DNA of 38,748 nucleotides from Polyangiaceae bacterium (GTDB lineage Bacteria; Myxococcota_A; Polyangia; Polyangiales; Polyangiaceae): NCBI GenBank assembly GCA_035063585.1, contig JAPSGB010000041.1, positions 1 to 38,748 of the forward strand, read 5' to 3'. Shown piece by piece: positions 1 to 10,100 of this stretch (position 1 is its first letter; each line of letters starts with the position of its first letter). The notes under the pieces were generated by a model. It saw only the letters and a program-made list of their open reading frames with translations, ran no database searches and was not told where the DNA came from. The position numbers and the translations under genes were made by a program.

Positions 1-48
1 GCGCCGACCGGCGTCGTGCGCGTCGAGCTCGTGATGTCGGAAGACTGA
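1..48 (+). CDS. 3' end of a gene truncated by the window edge (…APTGVVRVELVMSED*), probably a paralog of the 351-1040 lipoprotein
   Basis: Open frame from base 1 to TGA at 46-48. The peptide resembles the C-terminus of the next gene (APNGVVHVEVTVPEW). Confidence 0.55.
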   Translation, partial: APTGVVRVELVMSED

Positions 49-323
49 CCGCGCGCGAACCGCCCGCGCCGCCGGCCGCGACGGACTGGCAATCGAGCCT
101 CCGACAGCGGCTGGCGCGCGCGCGGGCGGCCGGTGCAGCCGAGCCGCGCGCCCGGCGTTCTATCGCCAGGGTCCTTCGTTCGCGTTCAGCGGCGCCTCCG
201 GTGACGTCACGGCAGAACCTCGGCGGGCGTCACCCACGACATGAGCGGCGCCCGAGCTGCGCCAAAGTGCGCCAAGAACCGGACGATCTTCTGAGCTTCC
301 ATCAGCATTGTGTTGGTTCGGCG

Positions 324-339
324 CGGCACACGTCTTGCT
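324..339 (+). promoter_or_regulatory. Sigma54 (-24/-12) promoter for the 351-1040 gene
   Basis: CGGCACACGTCTTGCT, with GG at 325-326 and GC at 337-338 (exact GG-N10-GC spacing), matches TGGCAC-N5-TTGC. Predicted +1 falls at about 350-351. Confidence 0.7.
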
Positions 340-350
340 GAGCACGGCGC

Positions 351-1040
351 ATGAGCAAGCTCTTCGGGATCGCGGGATTGGCGGCTGTGCTGGCGCTCGG
401 GTGCGGCGGCGAGGTTGGAGGCGCGGGCACGGGCGGCGCGGCAGGGATGGGCGGCAACGGCGCGACGGGCGGCAACGGCGCGACCGGCGGCACCGGCGGG
501 ACCGGCGCGACCGGCGGCACCGGCGCGACCGGCGGCACCGGCGGGATGCCAGCCGAATGCGCGGCACCCGCGAGCCACCCTGGCCCCTACAAGACGACCT
601 TCGATCTCTTCTCGACCAACAGCCGCCCCGTGTACATCCGGCAGAGCTGCGGGCTCGAGTGGTCGATCTCCTCGTGCGCGGACGGCTTCACGAAGTCGCT
701 TCCGCATTCCGCCGACTGCATGGAGAGCTGCTCGGCGCCAGCCTACGGCGGCTGCCTCGCATGCGGCGCGTGCATGTGGTCGGCGAAACAGATCGGCCCT
801 CAGCATCAGAGCATCGAGTGGAGCGGGCTCACCTACGAGTATGGCACCAACAGCGCCGGCTGCAGCTGCTACAAGTCCTTCGACGCGCCCGCTGGTCGCT
901 ACCAGATCACGATCCCCATCTACTCCTCGGAGGACGCCGCCATAAACGGCGGCCAGCCCATCTACGTCGCGACCGAGGAGTTCGTGATCCCCGCGCCGAA
1001 CGGCGTGGTGCATGTCGAGGTCACGGTCCCGGAGTGGTGA
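351..1040 (+). CDS. Hypothetical lipoprotein: Gly/Thr-rich linker followed by a Cys-rich extracellular domain
   Basis: Signal peptide with lipobox LALGC; GGxGAT repeats; many Cys residues in the C-terminal domain; GC3-biased codons. Confidence 0.85.
   Translation: MSKLFGIAGLAAVLALGCGGEVGGAGTGGAAGMGGNGATGGNGATGGTGGTGATGGTGATGGTGGMPAECAAPASHPGPYKTTFDLFSTNSRPVYIRQSCGLEWSISSCADGFTKSLPHSADCMESCSAPAYGGCLACGACMWSAKQIGPQHQSIEWSGLTYEYGTNSAGCSCYKSFDAPAGRYQITIPIYSSEDAAINGGQPIYVATEEFVIPAPNGVVHVEVTVPEW
450..545 (+). repeat. In-frame 9/18-bp tandem repeat encoding the GGNGAT/GGTGAT linker
   Basis: ggcggcaacggcgcgac(g/c) twice, then ggcgg(c/g)accggcgcgacc units. Confidence 0.85.
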
Positions 1041-1065
1041 GTGAGCGGGCCGCCCGGCGCTCGCG

Positions 1066-1530
1066 CTACTTCGAGCCCTGCTTCGGCTGGTAGTGGCCGG
1101 GCTCCGCGCGAAACGGGATCGCGAGGCGGTTCCAGCCGTTGATCGCGATGACCGCGATCGACAGCTCTACCAGCTCCTTCTCGCTGAACTGCGCTCTCAC
1201 TTCTTGGTAGAGCGCATCGGGGACCTCGCCCTTCGAGATGAGGGTGAGCGCCTCCGTCCAGGCGAGCGCCGCGCGCTCGCGCGGCGTGTAGAAGGGCGCC
1301 TCGCGCCACGCGTTCAGGAGGTATAGCCGCTGCTCCGTCTCACCAGCGGCGCGGGCGTCCTTGCTGTGCATGTCGAGGCAGTAGGCGCAGCCGTTCAGCT
1401 GCGACGCCCGCATCTTCACGAGCTCGACGAGCGGGCGCTCGAGGCTCGAGCGCGCGACGTGTGTCTCGAGCGCCATCATCGCGGCCAGGGAGTCGGGCGA
1501 CGCTTCGGCGTAATTGATTCGTTGGGTCAT
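1066..1530 (-). CDS. Carboxymuconolactone decarboxylase / AhpD-like alkylhydroperoxidase family protein
   Basis: ELVKMRASQLNGCAYCLDMH core motif; INGWNRL; AAGGAG SD 7 nt before ATG 1530 (MTQRINY). Confidence 0.93.
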   Translation of the reverse strand: MTQRINYAEASPDSLAAMMALETHVARSSLERPLVELVKMRASQLNGCAYCLDMHSKDARAAGETEQRLYLLNAWREAPFYTPRERAALAWTEALTLISKGEVPDALYQEVRAQFSEKELVELSIAVIAINGWNRLAIPFRAEPGHYQPKQGSK

Positions 1531-1549
1531 GGATATTCTCCTTGGATTT

Positions 1550-2200
1550 CTAGCCCCGCGCGCCGCCGGGCGTGCAGCGCGGGTGGAGGCTCGCCGCGGC
1601 GGACGGGCGCGAAGCGACACGCTCGAACCACGGCGAGACGTTCGGCAGGCCGTGGTCGAACGGTTGCTTCACCGAGTCGGCGAAGTCGAGCCAGACATAG
1701 AGCCAGAGGTCGGCGATCGTAAGACGGTCACCGGCGAGAAACGTGTGACCATCGAGCATCGCGTCCAGCCACACGATGCGATCTTGCGCGACACGCTTGA
1801 GGCCGTCGGCGGCCTCGGGCGCGACCGGGATACGATCGCGGAAGCGCGCGAGCCCCTCGGCGTAGTGATAGGCGTTGTGGATGAATTCCGTGATGTTGAG
1901 CTCGGCGCGACGCTGCCACATGCGGGTCGTGGCGCGCTCCTCGGGCGTCGCGCCGATGAGCGGCGGCGTCGGATGGAGCTCCTCGAGGTATTCCATGATG
2001 GCGACCGCCTCACCGATGACGCGACCGTCGTCGAGCTCGAGCGAGGGCGTCTGCCCGGTCGGGTTCTTCGAGAGGTAGGGGCCTTGCCGGTTCTCGCCGG
2101 TGAACACGTCCACCTGCTGGAGCGGGAGCTCGAGCCCCTTTTCCAAGAGGAACATGCGGACGGTGCGAGGCGCCGGGCTCATCGCGTCATAGAGCAACAT
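1550..2200 (-). CDS. Glutathione S-transferase family protein
   Basis: SPAPRTVRMFLLEKG, NPTGQTPSL, EAVAIMEYLEE and FLAGDRLTIADL motifs; GGAG SD. Confidence 0.93.
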   Translation of the reverse strand: MLLYDAMSPAPRTVRMFLLEKGLELPLQQVDVFTGENRQGPYLSKNPTGQTPSLELDDGRVIGEAVAIMEYLEELHPTPPLIGATPEERATTRMWQRRAELNITEFIHNAYHYAEGLARFRDRIPVAPEAADGLKRVAQDRIVWLDAMLDGHTFLAGDRLTIADLWLYVWLDFADSVKQPFDHGLPNVSPWFERVASRPSAAASLHPRCTPGGARG

Positions 2201-2320
2201 CGATCATCTCCGTCACGCGACGTCGGACGAGCGGTCACGATGACCGCGGCGGCGTCGCGCGGAGGCGAGCCTACTCCCGCCGAGCGAGCCGGGGTACCGC
2301 GCGGAGCCAGCCCGCGCGGC

Positions 2321-2725
2321 TCACGGCGCCGCGCGGAGGAGCGCCACCGCGTGCGTCGTCACCAAGGCCAGGATGACGAGCGCGGTGCCCAGGTGGGCGC
2401 GCCGCTTGCTTGCGCGCTCGCGGAGCTTCGGCCGCCGGAGCTGGAGCCCGAGGCCGGTATGGGCGACCAGCACGAAGAACGCGGCGCCGCCCGCGCCGAG
2501 CGCGAGCATTCCGCCCGAGATGGCGCCGGGCGCGCCGAGCGCCGGCACCACGAGCAGGGTGTGAAGAAACGCGAGCGCGCCGGTCGCGAGCCCGAGCGCG
2601 ACGTGCGCGCGCATCGGCGCGCCGTCCGGCGCCGCGCGCTTGCCGGCGCGGAGGCGCGTCACGAGCGGCACGAGGCCGGTGAGCGCGATGAACGCCGCGG
2701 CGAGCCAGCCGGTGACGACAGCCAT
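2321..2725 (-). CDS. Small 4-TM membrane protein with intramembrane His residues (cytochrome b561/ferric-reductase TM-like)
   Basis: Four hydrophobic segments; His in RAHVALG, FLHTLL, AHTGLG, RAHLG and TTHAV; GAGG before ATG 2725 (alternative GTG start at 2761). Confidence 0.65.
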   Translation of the reverse strand: MAVVTGWLAAAFIALTGLVPLVTRLRAGKRAAPDGAPMRAHVALGLATGALAFLHTLLVVPALGAPGAISGGMLALGAGGAAFFVLVAHTGLGLQLRRPKLRERASKRRAHLGTALVILALVTTHAVALLRAAP

Positions 2726-2794
2726 GGACGCCTCGTCTTGCCATGGCCCGCGCGCGCTCACCAGCGCGCCGGGCGCGCGGCCGCGGCGCGAGGG

Positions 2795-3706
2795 TCAGTC
2801 GAGGGCGAGCGCGGGCGGCGGGGGCGTCCCGGGCTCGACGCCGAGCCACTCGCCGTCGAGCTCTTGATCGAGGAACAAGAGCCAGCTCCGCGCGGGCGCG
2901 CCGGCGGCGAGGGCTACGTCGCGGACACGCTCGACGGCCTCGGGTCGGGTGAGCGCGAGATCGACGTAGCCATAGCGGAGCCCGATACCGTTTCCGATGA
3001 CGCACCCGTCACCGCGGGGCGCGAGCACGGCGTCGAGCGCGTCCTCCAGGCGGCGGCGACCCGCGAGTTGCTCCTCCGCGCTCGCGCCCGCGTAGTCGAG
3101 CTTCAGGTAGCAGAAGAGCTCGCCCGTGCGCGAGAAGCGGCCGGAGTAGATGGGGAGTCCTTGCAGGTAAGCCTTCATCATCTCAGGGAGGAGCGTGGTC
3201 GCCACCACCAGATCGTCCTGCGCGGCGTAGTCGCTCGCGAGGGTCGGCTCGAGCTCGAACATGGTCCACTCGTCCGCGTCCTCTTTCGCAAAGTACGGGC
3301 GCGCGGGCAGACCGGCGCGGAGCGCGTCGATCGCCGAGTGCGCGAGGTGTGGCAGCTCGGCGATCGGATACGACTCCGCCTCCTGACGCCCGGCGCCGAG
3401 CACCGCGAGCGCGCGCCCGCGCGGGAGCGGCGCGACGTTCACGTCTCCAATCCAATCGTCGAAGAAATCTTCGCCGAGCAGGGCTTCGACGAGGCGCTCC
3501 GCGTCCGCGGTCGCGAGCGGCTCGGGCGCGAAGACGACCGCATCGAGCAGGTGCCCGCGCGAGAATCCCACGCGGCCCCGCGCGCGAGCGAGCGGCGTGT
3601 CGAGGGTCGCCGCTACCCGTTGAAACCGCGATCGTGCGTGCTCTGGGGTCATCGGGCCAGCGTCGTAGTCGCGACGCCTGAGGAGCGGGAACGCATTCAT
3701 GGGCAT
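2795..3706 (-). CDS. Hypothetical protein
   Basis: 303-aa ORF with globular composition (…FSRTGELFCYLKLD…GCVIGNGIGLRYGYVDLAL…). Start uncertain (3706, 3700 or 3652). Confidence 0.75.
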   Translation of the reverse strand: MPMNAFPLLRRRDYDAGPMTPEHARSRFQRVAATLDTPLARARGRVGFSRGHLLDAVVFAPEPLATADAERLVEALLGEDFFDDWIGDVNVAPLPRGRALAVLGAGRQEAESYPIAELPHLAHSAIDALRAGLPARPYFAKEDADEWTMFELEPTLASDYAAQDDLVVATTLLPEMMKAYLQGLPIYSGRFSRTGELFCYLKLDYAGASAEEQLAGRRRLEDALDAVLAPRGDGCVIGNGIGLRYGYVDLALTRPEAVERVRDVALAAGAPARSWLLFLDQELDGEWLGVEPGTPPPPALALD

Positions 3707-3809
3707 CTCCGGTGAGCGGCGCCCTCGCGCCGCACCGACAGGAAAGCCCAGCCTCGGGCGAATGGAAATAGGGTCGTCGATCCGGGGCGGAATCGCGCCG
3801 ATCAGGAAA

Positions 3810-4841
3810 TCAAGGCAGATGAAGCGAGCACGAGCCTGGGAAGCCCTCGAGCGCGCCGCTCACGAACGGTGAGCCCTCACCCGCGCGGTGGAGCGTGAGA
3901 TACTTCAGGATGAGCGCGGAGGTGAGCTCGGGGTGGAGCACGTGCCCGCCGTCGTGCTCGCAGTCGATCACGGTGCGCTTCGCGGCGGCGAGGAACGGCA
4001 GCGCGGCCTTCGCGGACTCCTCGAGGTTGAACACCTTGATCGAGCCGGCGCCCACCTCGTCGGTCGTCCCGCCGTGGGTCAGGAGCACGTTGCCGCGATC
4101 GGCCGGCTCGAGCTCTGGCCAGCTCCAGTCGATGGTGAGGACCTTGACGAGCGCCGCCTCCGCGGGATCATTCATCCACGCGCCCGACTCGTGGACGGTG
4201 GCGGCGAAGAGCCTCGGGTAGCGCGAGGCGAGCAAGCTCGTGAAGACGGAGCCCGCGGAGAACCCGAACGAGTAGACCCGCGCCGGATCGAGCGGCTGCT
4301 GCGCCGCGACGCAGCCGAGCATCGCCTCGAAGAAGGGAAAATCGACGTTGTCGTCGCCGGGCTTGCCGGCGCGGATGTCCCACGCGAGCCCGATCTTGCC
4401 GGCCCCGAGCGGCTCGAGCCCGGAGTCTACCGGCGTCATCACGATGAGCGGGTGCGCTGGATCGCCGTCGGGCTCGAAGTGGAGCGCCGCGCGGTGATTT
4501 TCTGCGGTGTCGCCGTAGCCGTGCCACGAGAAGACCACGCCGACCTTACCCGTCGGGTGTTCCGGGAGGTCGGCGTAGAAGGTGCGCTCGGTGCCGTCGA
4601 TGGTGAGCGTGTTCGCGCCGTCCGCGATGGTGCCGCCAGGACACGCGAACGGGATGCTCCGCGCGCCGGCCGCGCCGCCGCTCCCGGCAGAGCCCGCCGC
4701 GCCGCCGACGCCCCCCGAGCCTGCGGCCCCACCGGCCCCACCGCTCGAGCCGGGCGGCTCGTCTCCCGAGGAACCGCAGGCCGCGGCGCCGAGCGAGACC
4801 AGCACGGTGAGGAGCACGGAGCAGACGCGAGACCTGAGCAT
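3810..4841 (-). CDS. Alpha/beta-hydrolase lipoprotein, PHB-depolymerase/esterase-like
   Basis: Lipobox AAAC; Gly-rich linker; VVFSWHGYG oxyanion motif; GFSAG nucleophile elbow; HGGTTD Asp; C-terminal GGH. Confidence 0.85.
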   Translation of the reverse strand: MLRSRVCSVLLTVLVSLGAAACGSSGDEPPGSSGGAGGAAGSGGVGGAAGSAGSGGAAGARSIPFACPGGTIADGANTLTIDGTERTFYADLPEHPTGKVGVVFSWHGYGDTAENHRAALHFEPDGDPAHPLIVMTPVDSGLEPLGAGKIGLAWDIRAGKPGDDNVDFPFFEAMLGCVAAQQPLDPARVYSFGFSAGSVFTSLLASRYPRLFAATVHESGAWMNDPAEAALVKVLTIDWSWPELEPADRGNVLLTHGGTTDEVGAGSIKVFNLEESAKAALPFLAAAKRTVIDCEHDGGHVLHPELTSALILKYLTLHRAGEGSPFVSGALEGFPGSCSLHLP

Positions 4842-4901
4842 GGCGCGCATACTAGCCCGACTCCACCTGGCGCCGCGACCGCTCACCGCGCGACCCCGAT
4901 G

Positions 4902-7082
4902 TTACGGAGTCGTGCAGTTCGCGATCGGCGTGGACTCTCCTTGCGCGCCGGGGTTCCCCGCGCTCGCGCCGATCGCGCCGGCTGCTCCCGCGGTGACGGT
5001 GGTCGCGCTGTCTCGGGTGACGTTCATGGTGGTCGCCTCGCACCAGACGCCGTACGAGCTGCCGCCCGCACCGCCTCCGCCGTGACCGCCGCGACCGCCC
5101 GGGCCACCGTCGCCGCCCTTGCCGCCGGCCGCGCTCACCGCGCTGCCGCCCCCCACGCCGGCTCCGCCGATGGCACCGCGGCCGGCGACGCCGCCCGCGC
5201 CCCCCGAACCGGCTGCGCCTCCGGGCCCTCCAGCGCTGCTCGTGATGGTGCTCGCCTTCACGACGAGGTTCTGGCTGCTGCCCACCAGCGCGATGGCGAC
5301 CGAGAGCCCGCCAGCGCCGCCGCCCGTTCCGAGCGCGCCGCCGCACCCGGGCCCGCCCGCGCCACCTCCGTCACCGCCGTAGTTCGGGTCGTTCATACAC
5401 CCATCTTCGTAGAGCCCACCGGCACCCCCGCCGCTGCCCCAGGTGCCCATCTCGCCGTTCGAGCCGGACTTGATGGCCGCCGAACCGACCCCGCTCGCCG
5501 ACAACACGGGACGCGCGCCACCTGACGCGTCGGAGCCGTTCGAGCCGGCCACGCCGACGTGGCCGGGCGAGCCCGGGGTGGGCGTGGTCGAGAGGTTACA
5601 GCTGCTGTTGTCGAAGGCCGGCGTGCCGGCGACGCCGCCGGCGAACACCAACGGATCGGTGCCGCCGCCGAGGTCTCGGGTCGTGCGGTTGGCGTTCCCA
5701 GCCTTCCCCGCGGTCCCGTTATACTCGTTGCTCGCGCTGCGCCCTCCGGCGCCGCACTTGTTCCCGTTCGCGGCGGGCGGCGCCGACTGCACCGGTTGCG
5801 TACCGGGCGGCGAGGCGGACAGGAAGCAGCTCGTCGTGCAGCCGCTTCCCGGCAGCCCGGGCTCCGGGCCGTTACCGTCGGTGCCGCCGTCACCCGGCCT
5901 GCCATCCACCCCCGCCTTGCCGGCGCTCCCGGCGCCGGCGCGCACCTTGACCTCTTCGAGCCGGAGCGCGGTCGAGTCCTGCACCCAGAGCGCGAAGTTG
6001 GAGATGCCTTGGCCACCGTTCTCGCCGGTCGCGTCGGCGGTCTCGACGTCGAGGTGATAGAGGACCGTCCCGTCGACGATGTCCCGCGCCGTCCCGCCCA
6101 CGAGCTTGTTGCCGGCCACCGCGCTCGCCGGGATCACCCAGCGGGGCCGCTGCGCGCGGTTCGGCTCGAACCCCGGAGAGGCGTCGAAGCCGCCATACAC
6201 GCTGATGCCGTTCTTGACGACCAGCGCGTCGGTGAAGACGGGCGACCCCGCGATGACGATGCCGCGGGCGTTGCGCGCCTCCGCGGCGCCGAGCGCCGCC
6301 ACGTAAGAGGTATACGGCCGCGCTCGGCTCCCATCGGAGCCTCCGCCGGTGTACTCCGCGTCGACGTAGATGAACGTCGAGGCCGCCGCGGTCGAGTCGC
6401 ACTCGAGCGTGCCGCCACCCTCGGCCACCGGGATACTCACCTCGCGGCACGCGAAGCGGTCGGTCGCATCGTCGCATGAGCTCGCGCCGAGCCCGCACGC
6501 CCCGCAGCCCTCGCGCGGCGGCGGCACGCAGCGATTCTCGTAGACGGGCTTGCCGTCCTTCACGGACGGGTGTGGGTCACAGTAGAACGCGACGTCCTTG
6601 CAGACGGAGCCTCCGCACGGATAGAGCTTGCTCTCGTCCCCGGCGGCGGTCGCGATCTCGCCGCAGCCGTCCCCCGTGCAGTCCACCGGCGCACACGCCT
6701 GCTCGGCGCCGGCCGCTCCGCAGCGCACGGGCGCGTACTGACAGACGTGATTCACGCACCCCGCCGTCACCTCACAAGGGCGCGTCGGACAGGTGACCTC
6801 GAAGTCGTCGGGAGTGCACTTGCAGGCAGCCTGGCAGGAGAGCGTGCCGCCGCAGCCGTCGTCGTACGTCCCGCACTGGTCGGTGTCCGCGCAGGTCTTC
6901 GGCTGGCAACTCGAGCCGTCGGAGCCGTCGGCTGGGTTCGAGCCGTCGGTGCTCCCGGCGTCGCCCGCGTCGCTGTTCGAGCCTGGCGCCCGGGAGTCAT
7001 CCCCGCCGCCACAGTTCACGAGCGGCCACGTGAAGAGCAGACCGGCAGCGAGGGTCAAGTAGCGGGTGTTTACGACGCGCAT
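4902..7082 (-). CDS. Secreted/lipoprotein with Cys-rich N-terminal region, DUF1565-like motif and long glycine-rich (PGRS-like) C-terminal region
   Basis: Signal peptide ending PLVNC; many Cys residues; IYVD…GSDGSRARPYTS motif; SVYGGF; GGxGG repeats; AAGGAG SD 5 nt before ATG 7082. Confidence 0.85.
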   Translation of the reverse strand: MRVVNTRYLTLAAGLLFTWPLVNCGGGDDSRAPGSNSDAGDAGSTDGSNPADGSDGSSCQPKTCADTDQCGTYDDGCGGTLSCQAACKCTPDDFEVTCPTRPCEVTAGCVNHVCQYAPVRCGAAGAEQACAPVDCTGDGCGEIATAAGDESKLYPCGGSVCKDVAFYCDPHPSVKDGKPVYENRCVPPPREGCGACGLGASSCDDATDRFACREVSIPVAEGGGTLECDSTAAASTFIYVDAEYTGGGSDGSRARPYTSYVAALGAAEARNARGIVIAGSPVFTDALVVKNGISVYGGFDASPGFEPNRAQRPRWVIPASAVAGNKLVGGTARDIVDGTVLYHLDVETADATGENGGQGISNFALWVQDSTALRLEEVKVRAGAGSAGKAGVDGRPGDGGTDGNGPEPGLPGSGCTTSCFLSASPPGTQPVQSAPPAANGNKCGAGGRSASNEYNGTAGKAGNANRTTRDLGGGTDPLVFAGGVAGTPAFDNSSCNLSTTPTPGSPGHVGVAGSNGSDASGGARPVLSASGVGSAAIKSGSNGEMGTWGSGGGAGGLYEDGCMNDPNYGGDGGGAGGPGCGGALGTGGGAGGLSVAIALVGSSQNLVVKASTITSSAGGPGGAAGSGGAGGVAGRGAIGGAGVGGGSAVSAAGGKGGDGGPGGRGGHGGGGAGGSSYGVWCEATTMNVTRDSATTVTAGAAGAIGASAGNPGAQGESTPIANCTTP

Positions 7083-7120
7083 GGGCACTCCTTCTCGAGA
7101 CGAAGCTCGGACATGGTTGG

Positions 7121-10100
7121 CTACTGTCGCTCGGCGGCGACGTAGTCGAGGCGGATGAGGATGTCCTCGACGTTCTCGAGGGCGAGACCCGCGCCGCCGT
7201 TGGTCGCGAGCGAGGTGCGCGGGATGAAGAGCGTGTATTCACCGAACGCGCCGCGACCGGCCAGCGCCACCGACGCGCCGTCGGTGTAAGCGTCGGACTC
7301 GAGCGTCTTCTGATCGACATCGAGGCGCGCCTGCACGGTCGCGTACGAGAACGTCTTCGCCTCGCCGACGCTGGTGAGCGCAGCGAGTGCAGAGTCCTCT
7401 CCCCAGGACGACGCGCTCATCGGATCGACGAAGAGGTTCACCCCGGGCCGGGTGCTGGCGAGCTGAATCGGCGAGGCCTGGGCGCTCGAGCACCACTGGC
7501 TTGCGAACGTGTTGCGCTTGCGTACCTGGAGCGACGTGATGGTGCTGTCCGAGCCGGTCATGAGCTGCTTCCCGAGCACCACCGCGTTCACCGACCAGAG
7601 CCGCTCGGCGCATGACAGCCCGCTGAAGAGCGGGATACCGGACGGATCGGCGAGGCCGCTCGCGCCGATCGGCGCGAGCGAGAACGGGATCTCCTGGCCG
7701 AGGTACGAGCCGTGCGCGTCGTAGACGGCGAACTCGGGCGACACCAGCATGAGCTGGAACCGCTCGGTGTCGTCGAGCTGGTGCCAGCCCTCCGGGGCGG
7801 CGCGACGACTGGCGAGCTGCAAGATGTTCTTTCGCAGGCTGAGCACGCTGCGAAGCTCGGTGGGGTTTCCACCGCCGCGCGGCGCGCCGCGCCGCACGCT
7901 GTCGCGGACGCGGCCCAGGATCGCCTCCAGATCGGCGGTGCTCTGGGCGGCGAGGACGTTCGAGCGCTCGGCGCTGGTGAGCTGAAACTCGTACTCCACG
8001 CCCATGATGGCGAGATAGAGCGCGCGGCGAGCGCGCCGCATTCGCTGCTGGAAGAGATCGACGTTGGCGTCGAGCCAATAGTCCGCGTTGGCCGGCAGGA
8101 CCGCGCGCGCCTGCTCGCTGACCAGCGAGGCCCGCCCCTCGTCGAGCGCCGAGGTCACGCCGCTCTGCATCGACGCGAACTCGTAGAGGAGCGAGCGCAC
8201 CTCGGCTTGCTGCCGCTCGACGCGCTTCTCGGCGGCCTGAGCGCCGATGAGCTCCATCCCGGCCTCGTTGAAACACACGGCGACATCGGTCTGTCGGTCG
8301 AGCTTGTCGATGGCCGCTTCGTGGGCGCGCACGGTGTCATCCATGTCCATCTGCAGCCCCGCCGAGACGGCGAAGGCCACCGTCTCGACTGCACCCGCGG
8401 CGACCTGGACGCCCATCGAGGCCGCCTTCACCGGATCGGTGGCGGCCGAGGCGGCGATGTCGCGGACCACCGAGGCGGTCTTCTCGACGATGTCCATGGC
8501 GAGCTTGGCTGCTTCGAGCTTCTTCAAGCGATGGTCGAGATCCGTGTTCAGCGCGGCCGCCTTCTCGGCGCTCTTCTCGAGCAAGGTACAGCTCCTCGAT
8601 GCCGCCGCGTAACGGTCGCCGTACTCCTTGAACTCGTCGATCGCGGCCTCGAGTTCGATGCCGGCGGCGCGAACCGCCAAGAGTTGGCTGCCGAGGCTGC
8701 CCCGAAAGCACGACTCGGGCAGCTCGGTGGGGGAAGCGCACTTCGCGCTGGTGGCGTCGCAGATCATCGAGACGGGGCAGTCGTCGGAGGTGACGCACTT
8801 GCCGGGGAGCTTGGTCGGGCGAGCGGCGAGGCTCGCGTCGCGCGCCGAGTCGCACAGGGTGCGCGCCGCGAGGATCTGCTCGGCGTCGATCCCGTCCGGG
8901 AGCCGGAGCCCACCGGCGGGTTGCTTGGAGGCCGACAACCGGGTGACGACGTCACCAGGCAGCGCAGGGAGCGGCTGGCCGAGCTTGAAGCTCGTGAGGA
9001 GCTGATCGATCTCGCCGTCGAGCGTCGCGTCGAAGGTGGTGATGGCGTCACCCAGGACGCTCCGGTACTCGGCGTACAGACACACCTGATGGGCGAGCTC
9101 GATCTTGGAGCCGTGCGCCTTGGCTTGCGCTGGCGACGGCAGACATTCGGCGGCGAGGTAGCAGGTGTTCGCGTCGATCTCGTCCGCGTGATCGAGCACG
9201 GTGAGCGAGTCGAGGTCGTCTCTCCCACAGAGGCTCGTCACCTGCTCGCCGTAGTAGCGCTTGATCGATTCGAGGTTGCGGGAGGTCGCCGCGGCCTGGA
9301 GCTCGCTCTCGTAGTCGCGAGCGAGCACCGAGGAGAGCGAGTCGCGGGCCATGAGCTCCGCATCCCGGGCGCGGTCGATGAGCACCGGCGCGATGGCTGG
9401 GTCGAGGGAGTCCTCGCGACCGAGCAGCGAGTCCGACACCGCGGAGAAGCGGCTGCTCGGCCCCACCTGTTCGCCGAGCCGATAGAGCGGCAGGTCACCG
9501 TCCTCGATGCCGAGGGGGTTCTCATGCGACTCGAGCGCGTGCAGATCTTCGCTCATCTTCGCGAGCGCGGCGCCGTACTTGGCGCGCACCGCGAGCCAGC
9601 TATTTTCCCATGACTCGGTGCCGTTGCTCCGCGCGGCGTCGCGCAGCCCCTGCGCCATCGCGAAGAGCACCACGCTGCGTGGCATGAAGGACGCGATCTC
9701 ACCGCTGAAGCGGTTCGCGTCGCTCTGGGTGATGCGCTGATTGGCGAGCGCGTCGACCAGCCCCGAGACACCCCCGAGTTGGCTGGTCAGCGCGGCCAGG
9801 ATGTTGACCGGGAGCCCGACCGACTGCTCACCCCCGGTCCCGGTGAAGCTCGTGCCCGGAAACCCCTTGCGATAGTCGGGCTGCTCGAGCGCCTGCGGCG
9901 GCATGGCCGCGAGGGCGGTCCCGACGCGCGGGTGGAGGAGCACGTCCCACGCGCCGATGCTGCGCTTCAGAGCCTCGAAGCCGTTACCGTACTGGGCGTA
10001 GAACCGGAGCTTGTCGACGTCGGGGCCGGCCGGCAAGATGGGTCCGAGCGTCGCGAGCCGGGTCGGATCCGAGCCGGTGATCGACTGGGCGCCGAGCCAG

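Noticed and set aside
4902..6000. Mycobacterial PE-PGRS or collagen-like assignment
   Set aside because: No PE domain and no strict Gly-X-Y periodicity; the similarity is compositional only.
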